DNA of 64,000 bases from Sarea resinae (Eukaryota): assembly GCA_026026165.1 (NCBI GenBank), contig JAPEUD010000005.1, forward strand, positions 496,001 through 560,000, read 5' to 3'. Shown piece after piece: positions 25,403 to 39,840 of this stretch. Every line of letters starts with the position of its first letter. The first letter of the stretch is position 1. The notes under the pieces were generated by a model. It did no database searches. It was not told the DNA's origin and saw only the letters and a program-made list of their open reading frames with translations. A program made the position numbers and the translations under genes.

Positions 25403-26861
25403 AGATTTTGGATCAGGGCATTGGATTGGCGTTCTGAAGTTTAGCACAGCAGTCAGCTGTCTATTTCTGTTGTGTATTCTATTCGCGAACAAATATAGAT
25501 ACCCCGCCGTATGAAATATGATGATACGGATCTGAGTGACTTGACAAAACTTCCAAATATAAGATACGAATCGAAGACATCTATCAGTCTCCTGATGCGA
25601 CTCTTCTACTACGTACAGATCCCAAAGGCTCAATCAGGGGGACTGAAATGCAGCGCGGAGGTTCCGATACTAGTAAATATACGAAGCTACGTCTCTGTGA
25701 TAGGCTAGGGTTTCGAACAACATTGCGCGCGGGGCAGATGGACATCAATTTAAGCCTTCCAAGGCTCCTGTCGTGGCGACGTGGCGTCCGTGGCTTCGTG
25801 GCTTAAATTCCTCCTAATGCGCACCAGCCTTCAGATCGCCCATAAGACGATGAATCAATTTGCGGTCAATACTAGGCACCATACTCGACTTCCTTCTCAC
25901 GGCTCTAAGGTACGCAATCATCGATTCGAACCTTTCATATAATTATGTCATCCATCTCACCAATAATCTCGAGCCTGCATGAGAAAGATTGTGATCGTCT
26001 GATGAGCACCATCTCCTGCTCTGACTGCCCATCAAAGGTATCGGCTCCCGCAAGGATCATGGAAGAGCGGATATTAGATGCTGGGGGGGACTAGTGCTGT
26101 ACCCCCTAACCCCCACAATTCACCGGACGAAGCTGGAGATACAAGTGAATCCAGCTGCGCATATAGAGATTATGTGCGACCGTCAGGACCGGCGATGTGT
26201 TTGATATAGCAGATGGATGTCACGGTATACAAATCAAGAAGTTTGGATCATCAAAGATGCTAGATTTGACATACAACAGGATTTCCAATTCGGTCGGGAA
26301 AGATGCGGGAACACATCGTGAGCAGTGCGCGTGTCGACATCACCGCCTCCCCCCTGTCTCCTGTCGCGAATCCCCGCCCAGAGTCGTCTCGGCTCGACCC
26401 CATCTCCGCAGCAATTCGATCGATAGCGAGCTTCTTATCGTATACGTCGTATGCTTGTCCCCGACTGCGGGTTCCTGAATGGCTATGTCCCCTTTAACGT
26501 TACATGGCTCCTACGCATGATCGACCTTCAGTCGACCACCGGGTTTGGGCGGAAAACACTACCAATATATGCATGCACCCTTTGATATCGCCCGCTGACC
26601 TGACGATCTTTTGCCGTAATCATGGCAGACGACCTTCTCTGCAGGCAATATGACCCTGGAACTCCGTATCTGGAAGGACCCAAGTCCGCTGAAGCAGATG
26701 CGCTCAGTGATAAATGATCAAGAATGATCACGTCTCTGATTCTCGTCTTCTGATCGCTCTTTGTCAAAGTTTGGCTTCAAAAGCCATCCAGTCATTCTTT
26801 TCTAGTCGTCCATTCAGTCATTCATTCGTCTACTAACGTAGACGCCTTCTCATCACCCGCC

Positions 26862-29714
26862 ATGGCATTCTTCTTGTATAGCTTCATTCTTTTCCCTTTC
26901 TTTCTTAGACACACCTTCGTAGCAGCAGTTACATATAACTCCTACCACTACAACAGCACTTCAAACAGCACTACTAACGGCACCTTTGATGTCTTTCAGT
27001 ATGTGGACCAACTCATCGGAAGCACCAATGGCGGTAAGCTCGCCAGACCCACTTGCACAATTGACAGAGAAGTAGCTGACATTGCGATTAGGGAACGTCT
27101 TTGCTGGAGCTACTTTACCATATGGTACGAACCACTGTCTGTTCACAGTAAAAATGTTCTAACAACGCCGCAGGCATGGCAAAGGCCGTAGCAGATGTCA
27201 ATGGCGACAACACTGGAGGTTTTGCCACGGATGGAAGCAATATTACAGGTTTCTCCCAGCTGCACGACTCGGGAACCGGAGGAGTATGTGCAGTCTCTTA
27301 GATGCGGGCTAGAATCGTCATTGTAGTCCGAGATGCGCATGCTGATTGCGTCCCAGGACGCCTCGCTCGGAAACTTCGCCCTCTTCCCTTATGCTGGATG
27401 TCTGAATGACACCATCGATGGCTGCACATATCCCAAATTAGCAAGAGCTATACCCTACATAAACGAGAGCGTTGTCGCTAGCCCCGGGTATTTCAATATC
27501 ACCCTTTCTAGCCAGATCGCTGTTGATATGACGGTGTCCAACCACACTTCTCTGTACCGATTCAAATTCCCAAGCACGCCCATTGACGGAAGTCCTCTGA
27601 GTCCGCTCATCCTAATGGATCTGACGGATTTGTCGGACTCGCGGTACAATGGGACTATCAACGTGGATAATTCTACCGGAAGAATGACGGGGAATGCTAC
27701 GTACGAACCCAGCTTTGGCAGCGGGACATATAACGCGTACTTTTGCGTTGATTTCCAAGGCGCAGCAATCCGAGATTCCGGCATCTGGGTCAACAGCAGA
27801 GCATCCAATGAGCCAGAGACGCTCTTCATCACCCGCGGAATCAACGGCTATCCTCTCCCAGGTGGCGCCTTTACGAGATTCGAGGCACCAGAAGCAAATA
27901 ATACTATCCTCGCAAGAGTCGGTATCAGTTTTATCAGTAGTGAAAAGGCATGCTCAAATGCCGAGACCGAGATCCCGAGCTGGGACTTCGAAGGCACCAA
28001 GTCGGTTGCCGAAGACGCGTGGAGGATCAAGCTCAGCCCTATCTCTGTGACGCCCGGGAGTGGTGTCAGCGTCGATATCCAGAAGATCTTCTGGAGTTCC
28101 ATCTACAGAACGATGATCAACCCACAGGATTACACGGGCGAAAACCCCCTGTGGGATAGTGACGAGCCCTACTTCGACTCCTTCTATTGGTTCGTAATCA
28201 AAAACCCATCTTGCGAATAGCAATCCTTGTTGCTGACCAAAACGAAATCAGTCTTTGGGACTCCTTCCGCTCCCAGCTTCCCTTCCTGACTATTCTAGAC
28301 CCGGACACCCTGTCGCGGATTATTCGGGCGCTGATCAACATCTACGAGCACGAAGGCTACCTACCGGACTGCCGTATGAGTCTGTGCAAAGGCTACACGC
28401 AAGGCGGATCGAATGCAGACAACGTGATTGTGGACGCCTACGTCAAAAACGTGACGGGGCCGATCGACTGGGCGACGGCCTACCAGGCCATCGTGCATGA
28501 CGCCGAAGACGAGCCGCTCGACTGGTCCAACGAGGGTCGCGGTGGTCTCACGAGCTGGAAGGCCTTGAACTACATCCCCGCCGAGGACTTCGACTACCTC
28601 GGCTTCGGCACTATGACGCGCAGTATCTCGCGCACGCTAGAGTACGCCTACAACGACTTCTGCATCAGCCAGATGGCGGACGGTATGGGCCACGTGGCCG
28701 ATAGGGAGAAATACCAAGACCGCTCCGAGAACTGGAAGAATCTGTGGAAGGCCGATCAGACGAGCTATGTCAATGGCTCTGATAGCGGCTTCACGGGCTT
28801 CCCGCAGCCCAGGTATCTCAATCAGACATTCGGTTACCAGGACCCGGCGTTGTGCAGTAACCTCGTCGACGGTGTCTGCTCGTTGCAGAATTCTGCCCAC
28901 GAGACATTCGAGTCGAGCATCTGGGAGTATAGCTTGTGAGTAGAGTAGCCAGTCTTTTCTTTTCTCTCATGGAACCTCTGGAAATTGCCGTCACTTTTCC
29001 TCGGCCCCTTTTCCTTTTGCCCCCCGCCCCCCCTCCCTTTTTTTGCCCTTTCCAGCCTCAGAAACAAAATCTCTAATTCTCTTCGTCCCCGCCAGCTTCG
29101 TCCCAGGCGACATGGCCTCCCTAATAACCACCATGGGCGGCCCCACCACCTTCGTCTCCCGACTCGACTACTTCCACTCCAGCGGGCTCAACTACATCGG
29201 CAACGAGCCCTCCTTTCTAACCGTGTTCCAATACCACTACGCAGGCCGACCGGGCCGCTCCTCGTACCGCGCCCACGCGTACATCCCATCCCAATTCTCC
29301 GCCTCGACGGCCGGCCTCCCAGGCAACGACGACTCAGGCGCCATGGGCTCCTTTGTAGCCTTCTCCATGCTCGGGCTGTTCCCGAACCCCGGCCAGGACG
29401 TGTACCTAATCATCCCGCCGTTCTTCGAGGCCGTGAGCGTGCGCAGCCCCGTCACGGGCAAGACGGCCACGATCAAGAATGTCGGCTTCGATGGCGACGC
29501 CTATCAGAATATCTATGTCCAGAATGCCACCCTGGATGGCGCGCCCTATACGAAGAGTTGGGTCGATCATGCCTTTTTCACTGAGGGCAGGGATCTCGTG
29601 CTCTATCTTGGCGCTAATGAGAGTGATTGGGGCACTGCGCTCGAGGATCTGCCGCCGAGTTTGTCGACGGCCACGGGTGCGAATGGGACGGTGCCTACAA
29701 GGTTGAGGTGGTGA
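26862..29714 (+). CDS. Secreted GH92 alpha-1,2-mannosidase (multi-exon)
   Basis: Signal peptide; GNVFAGATLPYGMAKAVAD; GFSQLHDSGTGG; TQGGSNAD; SRTLEYAYNDF; GNEPSF; LPGNDDSGAMGS. Confidence 0.95.
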
Positions 29715-30485
29715 GTCTGTGAGTGCGTGCGTGTGTGTTTGTGTGCGCACACGAGAGCTAGATAGCGCAATATATCAAAGCCACAAAAAGCAAACGCACG
29801 GGGAAAAAAACAAAAAAAAAACAAAAAAAACACAAAAGCTCTTTCCCTTGCCCAAGCTCTACGATGTAGAATCCACTGGTCACTAGTATATCGACCTCAC
29901 GTATCCCTCAAAACCCACGTCTTTCTTCGATCCATCCATCCTTGAATTGGGAGTGACAATCTCTGGCTATCTTTCTTTCCCTTGTCCAACTTAGCCAGCC
30001 GATATATGAATAATGGACTAAATAAAGCACAATATTGAGAGCGTTCTTGCAGTAAGGAGATATCGAAGACTGTGACGGCGGGAGACTGCCTACTGCTGGG
30101 GCTTGTTACTTGTGCTGGTGGACCGCTTTTTCTTGCTTTTGGGTATCATAGGGTTTGGGTTGGGGGGACCGGGGGGGAGGAGGGCTTGTGAAGTCAGGGC
30201 CTGGCCCCTTTGTGTGTGTGGCACATACACCTCGCCTTGTTAATCTATGTGTTCTTTTTCTATTCGGAACTTGGATCTGCGAGTGTTTCTTAATTCTTTC
30301 GATATCGGAATGGGAAGAGAAAGAGAAGAGGGAACGTGGGGGCGCCCAAAACGGCCGTGACGGGCATTATATTACGCGTACAAGATTTTCGTTTCCCTTC
30401 ATGATGTACCGTCTGCTATGGAAGATGGTTTCATATCAAGTTTTCGAATCATCCATAGCCCTATCCATCCATTCTATTCCACCCA

Positions 30486-31752
30486 TCACAGCTTGGCGTC
30501 CGGCTCGCCAATGAGGTTATTGAACGCCACATGCACCATCTCCGTGAGATCGCTCGCCTGCAAAGACCTCCCGTTCTTTTCAAACGCCAGCCGCGAGCTC
30601 TCGCGCGTGACGCTGCTGGCCCCAAAGGCGGCCAGCGTCAGCAGCTCCGAGGGCGACAGGTCGTTGTCATGGTCCCAGATGCGATCGAGATAGGCCTTGC
30701 GGTAAGCGAGTAAGGTGGCCAGACTTCCCGTCAGCGTATCGCCCTGGCCGCCAGAGCGCTTGAGCCCACCAGGCAGGTCGTTGACGAGGGTATGCTCGCC
30801 GTTGGAGATGTAGTCCTGGCCGCCCTTCTGGATGATAGTGACGCCGCCGAAGGCTTTGGCCAGATTGCTGCACAGCTGCGTTGGGTCGCCATTCATATCG
30901 ATACCCTTGACTTTGGCCAGACGACCGAACTCAACCACATTCGGCGTCAGAATGCACTCTTTGTAGCCTTGTACGAGATCTGGTCGGGTTTGTGCGAGGT
31001 ACAGGCCATCGGCGTCGAGGACGAAGGGCATGTTTTGCTTGCGGGCTTCGGTGATGACGCGCGCGCAGGTTTCCTGCATCAGCTCGTCACGGCCGAGGCC
31101 CGGACCGATGACTATGACGTGAAGGCGAGAGAGCATACTGATGACATTGGAGGAGACGTTGTCAACATTTTCGGATTGGAGGAGGTTTTTCGATTGGCGC
31201 ATGTAAGGGTGGACCATGAGATTGGGCGAGTAGGTTTTGATGACCTAGTTGATGTGAGAAGGTGCAAATGTGCTCTCTGAGAAGAAGATATATACTTGAC
31301 CGGCTTGAGGCTCACAGATGACATGGCTCTGAGGATTATTTTGGTCAGCTTTCGGAAATAGTCCTGGGGACCGCTTGAGCCGATGGGTCGGTAGCATACC
31401 ATATCAGCTCCTGTATACCAGTTAGCTTCCTTGACATTCCATTAGAGGCTGCTGTCGTCAAACATACCTAGACGTGCGGAAGCCATGGCAGAGAAGTATG
31501 GCGCTCCAGTATAACTGCCCCAGGTTAACAAACATGATCTTGGCGGCTTCTGCTCCTCCCCTTGAGAACCATACGCACTCTTCACTTCCACCAATTACTG
31601 CTACCCGACCCAATTGACCTGCAATCATTAGATTGACCAGCAGTAACAGTCACAGCGAGAATGATCATGCTACCTTTGTGGAATTTCTCCAGCATGGGCG
31701 GCACCATCTTCTGAACCTTGCGCAGAAGATCTTTGGTAGTCGCGGACGGCAT
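30486..31752 (-). CDS. ATP-dependent (S)-NAD(P)H-hydrate dehydratase (YjeF_C / Nnr2-like)
   Basis: [10 protein letters not shown]...[58 protein letters not shown]. Confidence 0.95.
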
Positions 31753-32575
31753 TGTGAAAGTTGTGCGGAATTGAAATGTCCTAGAAAGACGGAATCGAGG
31801 CGTGTGTATCTAGAATCTCAATAGATGAGAATAGATTTCTTGTGGTGGTGGTTCAGGTATTGCATTGATGAGGATTTGGTCGGATGTTGTTCGTTCATGA
31901 TTACCCTTGATGATGTAGCGAATTTCCAGGATGATGTCAGTGGGGTTCTAGATCGATCAACTTCAAGGCCCATGGCCCCAACAATAATACCATGCTCTTC
32001 GAATCGATTTCTCAACTCCTCGCGGATCCTGTCATACAGTTCCTCTCAGCGCCTCTACTCTATAAGTACAATGCAATCGAATCATGAACCTCGAAGTCTG
32101 ATTAGATTAATCTGCGTGCCTCATCTCTATATTTGTGCTCAGCTACCTATTCTCTGGTTTTGGTATGCTTTGGGCGATTGAATCTAACATTCCATTGCCG
32201 CACACTTGTCGCACAGTGGCATGGCTTATAGCGGCGTGCATGAAACTGAGACCTCTAATCAATCTATCCCTTTTCGCTCTGTATCGACGGTAAAAAATAA
32301 TACGCCTTCCCCTTCACGCTTGATGCTGAAGTATAACAAAACAAAAAGAAGATACCCTATGGTCGGCACAAACTAAAGGGAAATGCAAGCCAAAGCAAGA
32401 CCGAAAAAGAATGCACAATGAATACACCAGAGCAATGCTTCGAAAGCTCAACATTCTTAGTCGATGTTGAAGTAAAGGAAACTCATGTCATGACGCTTCA
32501 AAATCATAAACAACGCCCACGAAGACGCCCGATTCGCACTCTACCCCGAAATATACAGTTAAGAGAGGGCGGGCT

Positions 32576-33725
32576 CTACTTCTTTCTTGACAGCGCCATC
32601 TTCGCCAACATTTTCCTCTTCTCTTCCTTAGCACGTCGGTGCTCTTCTTCCTCCTTCTGCGCAAGCTCATCTTCCTTTTTCGCATTCCTTAGACTAAGTT
32701 GCTCTTCCTCTTCCAGCTCGAACGGGGCGGCTTCCATGTCTGAAGAACCTTCAGAGTCGTAGTCATCGACGTCTTCTCCCTCTTCTTCGTCGGAATAGCT
32801 GGCATAGCGATAGCGGTTGCGGGACGGAGCACCTGAAGGACCAGGACGTGCTAGGGAAGTGCTGCGGCTGCGGCTATTGGAGTCGCGGTCACGTTTTTGG
32901 CCCTGAAGATTAGGTCTGGAGCGGTTCATTGTGCCCTTATAACCTGGATCTTCCGATTTCGGACGCGCAGTGCCCTTGTAACCAACATCCAGCGGTTGTT
33001 TCTTCTTGATAGGTGGATCTTTGCTGTCCCTTCCGGGACCTATTGGGGTAGTGGCTTTGCCGTTGCGGCCATCGCGCCGGTCTTGATCTGTTGCTCCACG
33101 TTTGGGTTTAGAGGCCTCGGCTTGCTTGGCGAGCTTTTGGCTTTTGCTGAGTTTCTCGACTGGCTTGTGCTTAATAGCGCCTATTACCGCGGACGAAGTT
33201 TGTGCTGCTTTAGCTCGGGCAAGGATCTCTGCGTATGACCCCTTCTTGGGTGGCGGCTTTGATGAAGAGGCTGCAGCCGCAGCTGAAGGTGCCACTGATG
33301 AAGACGACCCGACTGGCTTGACTGCGCCAGGAGCACCTAGGCGAAGGGGTACAGCAGCTGTAGAGGATGTTGAGTTTGACGCCGGAGTGGAAGATTGGAA
33401 CCGATTACGGGGAGGGCCTGGCCGGGCCGAGGGCGATAGGTCTTTCCGTGCTGCCTTCTCTGCCGCTCGAGGCAACTCCTCTTCAGCTTTGCGTTTCTGC
33501 CCAACGCTCACCACAGATGTGTCCCGAGTACTATTCTGAGATGGTCCGCTACTGTTAGGAGCTGGTGCATCAGGCTTGGCTGTAGGCGCAGAAGGTGGAC
33601 GTGACGCAGGCGATTGCGGGGCGTATCGACCACCACTCCCGATAGACGAGAGAACTGAGTTGATGAACTGCAGCACTATCAGCTGAGGATATTTCCACGA
33701 GTCAATGAAGCCGACGCACGCTCAT
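32576..33725 (-). CDS. SPT2: SPT2-family chromatin protein
   Basis: 2-codon first exon (ATG AGC) and an intron, then FINSVLSSIG...; C-terminal DYDSEGSSDMEAAPFELEEEEQLSLRNAKKEDELA resembles the SPT2 domain. Confidence 0.8.
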
Positions 33726-34371
33726 GACTGTTTTTGGCTTGGGACTTCACAAAGCCATCAAGCGGATGTGATGATCATCGGCTGTGAGATGTAGACGGGT
33801 TTAGTAGAGTCATAGTTCCATGCACGCAGATCACTTTGAACGTCCGGATTCAGCCCAGCGAAAGACAAGGATCGATTGTTTTCTAGTGTCAAAGCGAGGT
33901 GTTGGATGGGACGCTGTGAATGGAGCAACCGGAGCGACAAACGGGTTGATCGAATATGAATGATGTCCGGTGGGAAGTCGACCAGGTTGTCAACGTAGGC
34001 TGATGGCTCTATCTCTACCAAGACTCATATTCACGGGAGATTACCTGGCACAGTCATTGCCCGGCACAGTCACCACCAAGGATGTTGACGAAAAGAAGCG
34101 AGCCCTAAGCGAATACCAGACGGATCGGGTCTAGTCGTTATCATCTTTAGCGGGCGCACTCAACGCTCAAGGCCCGTCAGAATTTCGCATTGTCGATCAA
34201 ACCATCACCATAAATCAAACTCAAGGACTCGACGTTTCAGTCTCCGCTCAACCCGCGGTTAAATCGATTGATTCTCTTGTTCATCAGACCTTCACAAAAT
34301 GTGAGCATTCGGCCTATAGAGTCCACTGTCCTTCCAACTCCCGCTGACGGCTCCTCTAGCCCACTATCAAA

Positions 34372-34770
34372 ATGAAGCACCTCGCAGCATACCTTCTTCT
34401 CGGACTCGGTGGCAACACCGCTCCGTCCGCCGCCGACGTCAAGAGTGTTCTCGAGGCGGTTGGTGTCGAGGCTGATGACGAGCGTCTTGAGAAGCTCATC
34501 AGCGAACTCGAGGGCAAGGACCTGCAGGAGGTATGAAGCGGCAGACCGATACAGGTGTGATGTGGTTCGCGCTGACATACCCGCTTTTAGTTGATCACCG
34601 AGGGTTCCTCCAAGCTTGCATCCGTCCCATCGGGTGGTGCTGGTGGTGCCCCTGCTGCTGGTGGTGCTGCCGCTGGCGGTGCCGCCGCTGCTGAGGAGGA
34701 GAAGCCTGCTGAGAAGGAGGAGGAGAAGGAGGAGTCTGATGAGGACATGGGCTTCGGTCTTTTCGACTAA
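34372..34770 (+). CDS. RPP2: 60S acidic ribosomal protein P2
   Basis: [39 protein letters not shown]...|[16 protein letters not shown]...[13 protein letters not shown]; intron 34532-34590; 5'-UTR intron 34301-34359. Confidence 0.97.
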
Positions 34771-35351
34771 GCGTCTCGTCAAAGGGTTTCGAAAGCGGCA
34801 TTTTCTGTTATCATGGCTGAATGGACATATGTGTTGTTGAGAATTGAGGACAAGGAAGATGTGGTTTACGTCGTGTAAAGCGCGTGGAATTGCGCTGCTT
34901 ACTGGAATCATGCTCCTCCGATCAAGCAGATGACCTACCAAAAATACAACAGTCATGATCTCTGAATCTTCTCTTGCAATTGTGATCTATGCGCGCTCTT
35001 GAAAACGGAGGCTCCGTCGTTGAAAGCGTACCTTACTATCATCAATCAATCTGATACTCCAGTACCTTGACTTGCACCAAAGTCATCGATAAAGGAAAGT
35101 ACCTTAAGGAACGTAGCACATTTTTACGACCAGGGTACGGAACGCCAAGACATCGACCTTCTAGCCCTTGCCCTACGTTGTGGACTGCCGATTAGTAAAT
35201 CTCGCTTAGTGGGCGATTGCACCCAACCCTCGCTTGCCGAATGTGAAGTGTGTGGCAGTCACTCAACGACGAATCTCGACGACAACCAACGACGACAACT
35301 GCCCTGCGCCTTCGAAGACCGTCAATCACCTTCGAAGCATACAGCGCAATC

Positions 35352-36228
<877 letters not shown>

Positions 36229-37916
36229 ACGTTCTGTTGGGGGATGGGTATGGGGACGGGGGCGAAGGTTGACGGGAAACGCTGTCGAGTCGAAATGTCT
36301 ATTGGGCTCTGCGAGTGCAGTTTGTATTCTGAATGAATGGAATGCCAACTCTTCACCAAATAATCCTTGATGTCTCTATGCAAATATTTGTTTGGCGTGA
36401 GGATTGAATTGAACTCTAATCAAAGCATATGCGACTGATTTATCCCCGGCTTAATCGTACCTCGATGAGATCGCTCTCGGTGGCCGCGGGACATCGTTCT
36501 TCTAGCTAGCTTGTCGTCACCCTACGAGTTCGAGCGGGTCCCAGGCCCCTGAATCGATCGACCTACCACCAATCAAGGATTCACCCCCTCGACCACCGGC
36601 GGCGACTTCTCTGGCCTCCATATAATCACCTTGCTGGCAAAATCCATGAATGTTGACGTGAGAGACGTACTAGCTTTCAAAGGCGACCCAACTTCACCAA
36701 GGACCCGTGCATGACTTATAGGAAATGATGTCCTAGTTCATGATCTTTATCTGCGGCAGAGTTCTGTCTCGATCACAGCCTTGAGAGATAGCTTTTTCTA
36801 AGGAAAATTTTATCTTCTACTTCTCCAATTGTATGTATCTGATATCCCTTTCGAGTGGAGTGTTCGATCTTGTGTAAAGGCTGGCGTCTCATTATTTTCT
36901 CACCAAAGCGGACAGTTGTCTCTCTGCCAACCTATCCCTTTACCGCTGCGCTTCTTTCGCGATCTTGATTATTCTCGTGCCAGCATTATCCTTCCATAAA
37001 TCATTCGCTTTACTTGCTTCTCTCTGGTTCGTGCCACGAACCATTGTTACTCTTCTTCTAGTTCGAATCTGCTGCACAGAACGCGAAGATCGGTTCTGCG
37101 CGCCCCAGGGTCCGTGAGCTCAAAGGCTCTCGCGATGATTTATCAGCCTTCGGCATCGCCTCCCTGTCTCCCAGAGAATCTTGTACCGAAAAAAGTTCTA
37201 TGGAAGCGATGTAGCAACAAAGGGTATATCATTGACGATCGTGAAAAGCATGAGCTGGTCAAACGGACAGGCTTAATTCATCAAAATCATGGGAAGCGCT
37301 TTATGACACGTGCTGATTCTTTGATTATCAGGGTTGTGTCCCCCGCGACTTGGAGCTGCCAAAGTGTATTCGCAAAAGAGATATTGCTGGCATCGAGCAG
37401 ACAGCGGACATGACTCACGACAGCGTGAGACCCCAGCGCGCTTACGTTCTGATATGCAGCATCTCTGCGCTAACTCCGAGGGCATTCTCCATCCTAAGCC
37501 CGAGACAGACAAGCGAATCGACACATCAGAGCTGCTCCCAGGAAACAAACTCACGCATAACAGCCGCCCTGATCATTACCAGGGCGCTCCCTAATTGAGC
37601 CAAATCGGCAACTAAATGCAGATCATAGCGGGGACCCCACGCCAGGACTCATGCAGATCTGACGCAGAACTAGCAAAAGGACAGCAAGCTATGAGGTTCT
37701 TCGGCCATAACAGCCTTAAGCTCCATGTAGCTCCTTGTAAACTCCGGTGCATTCTTCACCACTATTACGGAGGAAAGATAGGTCTGAGATATGTGATCCT
37801 GCGTTTTGGTCATAAAGGTTCTACTTCATTCGTATGGCGACCTCTTCCTGTCAACACCTTCTACCTTCGGGGGAGAAATACGATCGTTCAAAGCACTTTC
37901 GCTCCCGCACATCAAC

Positions 37917-39840
37917 ATGACCACTCAATTCCGTGATACCCAATTTGGCCACCTTGTACGCTTTCTATTTGGCAACAAAACATTTCAATACCCCGATGAG
38001 GTTGATCCTTTACTATGGAGAGCGTCCCTTCAGCGAAACACAATCTCAACATCCACGCGGTCTGGAGAGCAAAGTAATAGTATGGAGAAGCCCAAGGACC
38101 AGAACTATCCAATCGCGAAAGGCCTCGATACGCAGGGTGTTGCCTCGCAGGATCTGTGTGTGAATCATGTTATTGAAGATGGCAAAGATATCTACCTGAT
38201 AGACTGGTATGGCCCAGATGACCCAGAGGTATCTGCTCCGGTTGGTTCCAAGCGGCAAACATTTCTCATTAGAGGTTCAGAATCCCCAGAATTGGTCCAG
38301 CAGCTGGAAATTGCTAATCGGTTTCGAAATCTGCCTCCTTAACTTCTCAGTCTACATTGCAAGCTCTATTTACACTGCCGGCGAATTGAGTATCATGGAG
38401 AACTTTGGTGCCAGTGAGACTGTCGCAACACTGGGGTTGGCCCTTTTTACCATGTAAGAAAAACCCAAACATCTAGCATCAAAGATAACTCTGGAATACA
38501 ACTATCGCTGACATGTCATGTCGTACCTACCAGTGGATACGGGCTTGGTCCTATGCTATGGTCCCCAATGTCGGAGATGCCAAGAGTTGGACGCAGCGGT
38601 ATCTATTTCTGGACGCTCCTTGTTTTCGTTTTGCTTCAACTTCCAACCGGGTTTGCCGTGGATATGCCGATGCTTCTCGTCTTTCGATTGTTAACTGGCT
38701 TTTTCGGAAGTCCGTCTCTGGCGACTGGTGGTGCTACCATCGCGGATATATAAGATCCGGCTCGGGTCCCATACGGAATTTGCATATGGGCATCGTTCGG
38801 GGTCTGTGGTCCTGTGTTTGGCCCAATCCTTGGCGGATTTGTGGCCCCAGTCAAGGGTTGGCGGTGGACAATTTGGATATTCACATGGCTGTGCGCGATT
38901 GTTCTAGTCATGCTGTTTCTCATCCTCCCCGAAACCAGTGCAGCAAACATTCTGTATAGGAGAGCGAAGAGATTGAGGAAAGCGACCGGAGACGACCGGT
39001 TGAGCAGCCAGTCTGAAATTGATGCCGCGCATCACACCATGAGAGATGATTTGGTTGTTCTCGGCAGAGCATTCACACTGACTTTCTCGGAGCCTATCGT
39101 TTTCTTCATGGACCTGTATACGGCTCTCCTGTATGGAGTACTCTTCATCTGGTTTGAGTCGTTCCCTCTGGTATTTGGCGAGATCTACGGATTCAACCTT
39201 GGGGAGCAAGGTTTAGCTTTTCTAGGCATCTTCGTCGGTGGCGTCATCACAGTGCCTCTCTACTTGGTGTGGGTCAAATACGGCATCATTCCGAGATTCA
39301 CTAAGCCAACCTTCAAGCCTGAGATGGTTCTTCCACCAACTTTTTTTGGATCCGCCTCCCTTCCAGTTTGCCTATTTTGGTATGGTTGGTCAGCACGGGA
39401 AAGTGTCCATTGGATTATGCCTATTATCGGCGCGGCTCTCTTCGCCATCGGCATAGTCACAGTATTCAATGCAGTGCTCAATTATCTAGGGATCTCGTAC
39501 CCTCCGTACACGGCATCAATATTTGCAGGCAATGCACTTTTCCGCGCCTCGTTCGGTGCGATATTCCCACTTTTTGTAAGTCATGTGTGGAATCAATTCT
39601 TATATGAGCGGTAGCTAATCACAGATGTTGGCAGGCGCGTCAGCTTTTCCGCAGACTGGGTATTGGCCCAGGCAATTCACTCCTTGGCGGTATTGCAGTA
39701 TGCTTCATGCCTCTTCCCTATATTTTTTACAAAGTATGCCCAAGCACCCGAGTTGACACCGCTGGAATATTTTTCTGACTATGATTTAGTACGGAGAGAA
39801 AATCCGTCATATGAGCAAGAATGCCCGACATGATGTTTGA
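37917..39840 (+). pseudogene. DHA1-family (Flr1/Caf5-like) MFS multidrug transporter with an in-frame TAA at 38751-38753
   Basis: IDWYGPDDPE|NPQNWS, GYGLGPMLWSPMSEMPRVGR, GSPSLATGGATIADI*DPARV, GPVFGPILGGF, LPETSAANILYRRAKRLR. ORFs 38553 and 38814 are in the same frame, separated only by the stop. Confidence 0.8.

Noticed and set aside
34237..34956. 239-aa minus-strand ORF
   Set aside because: Antisense shadow of the codon-biased RPP2 gene.
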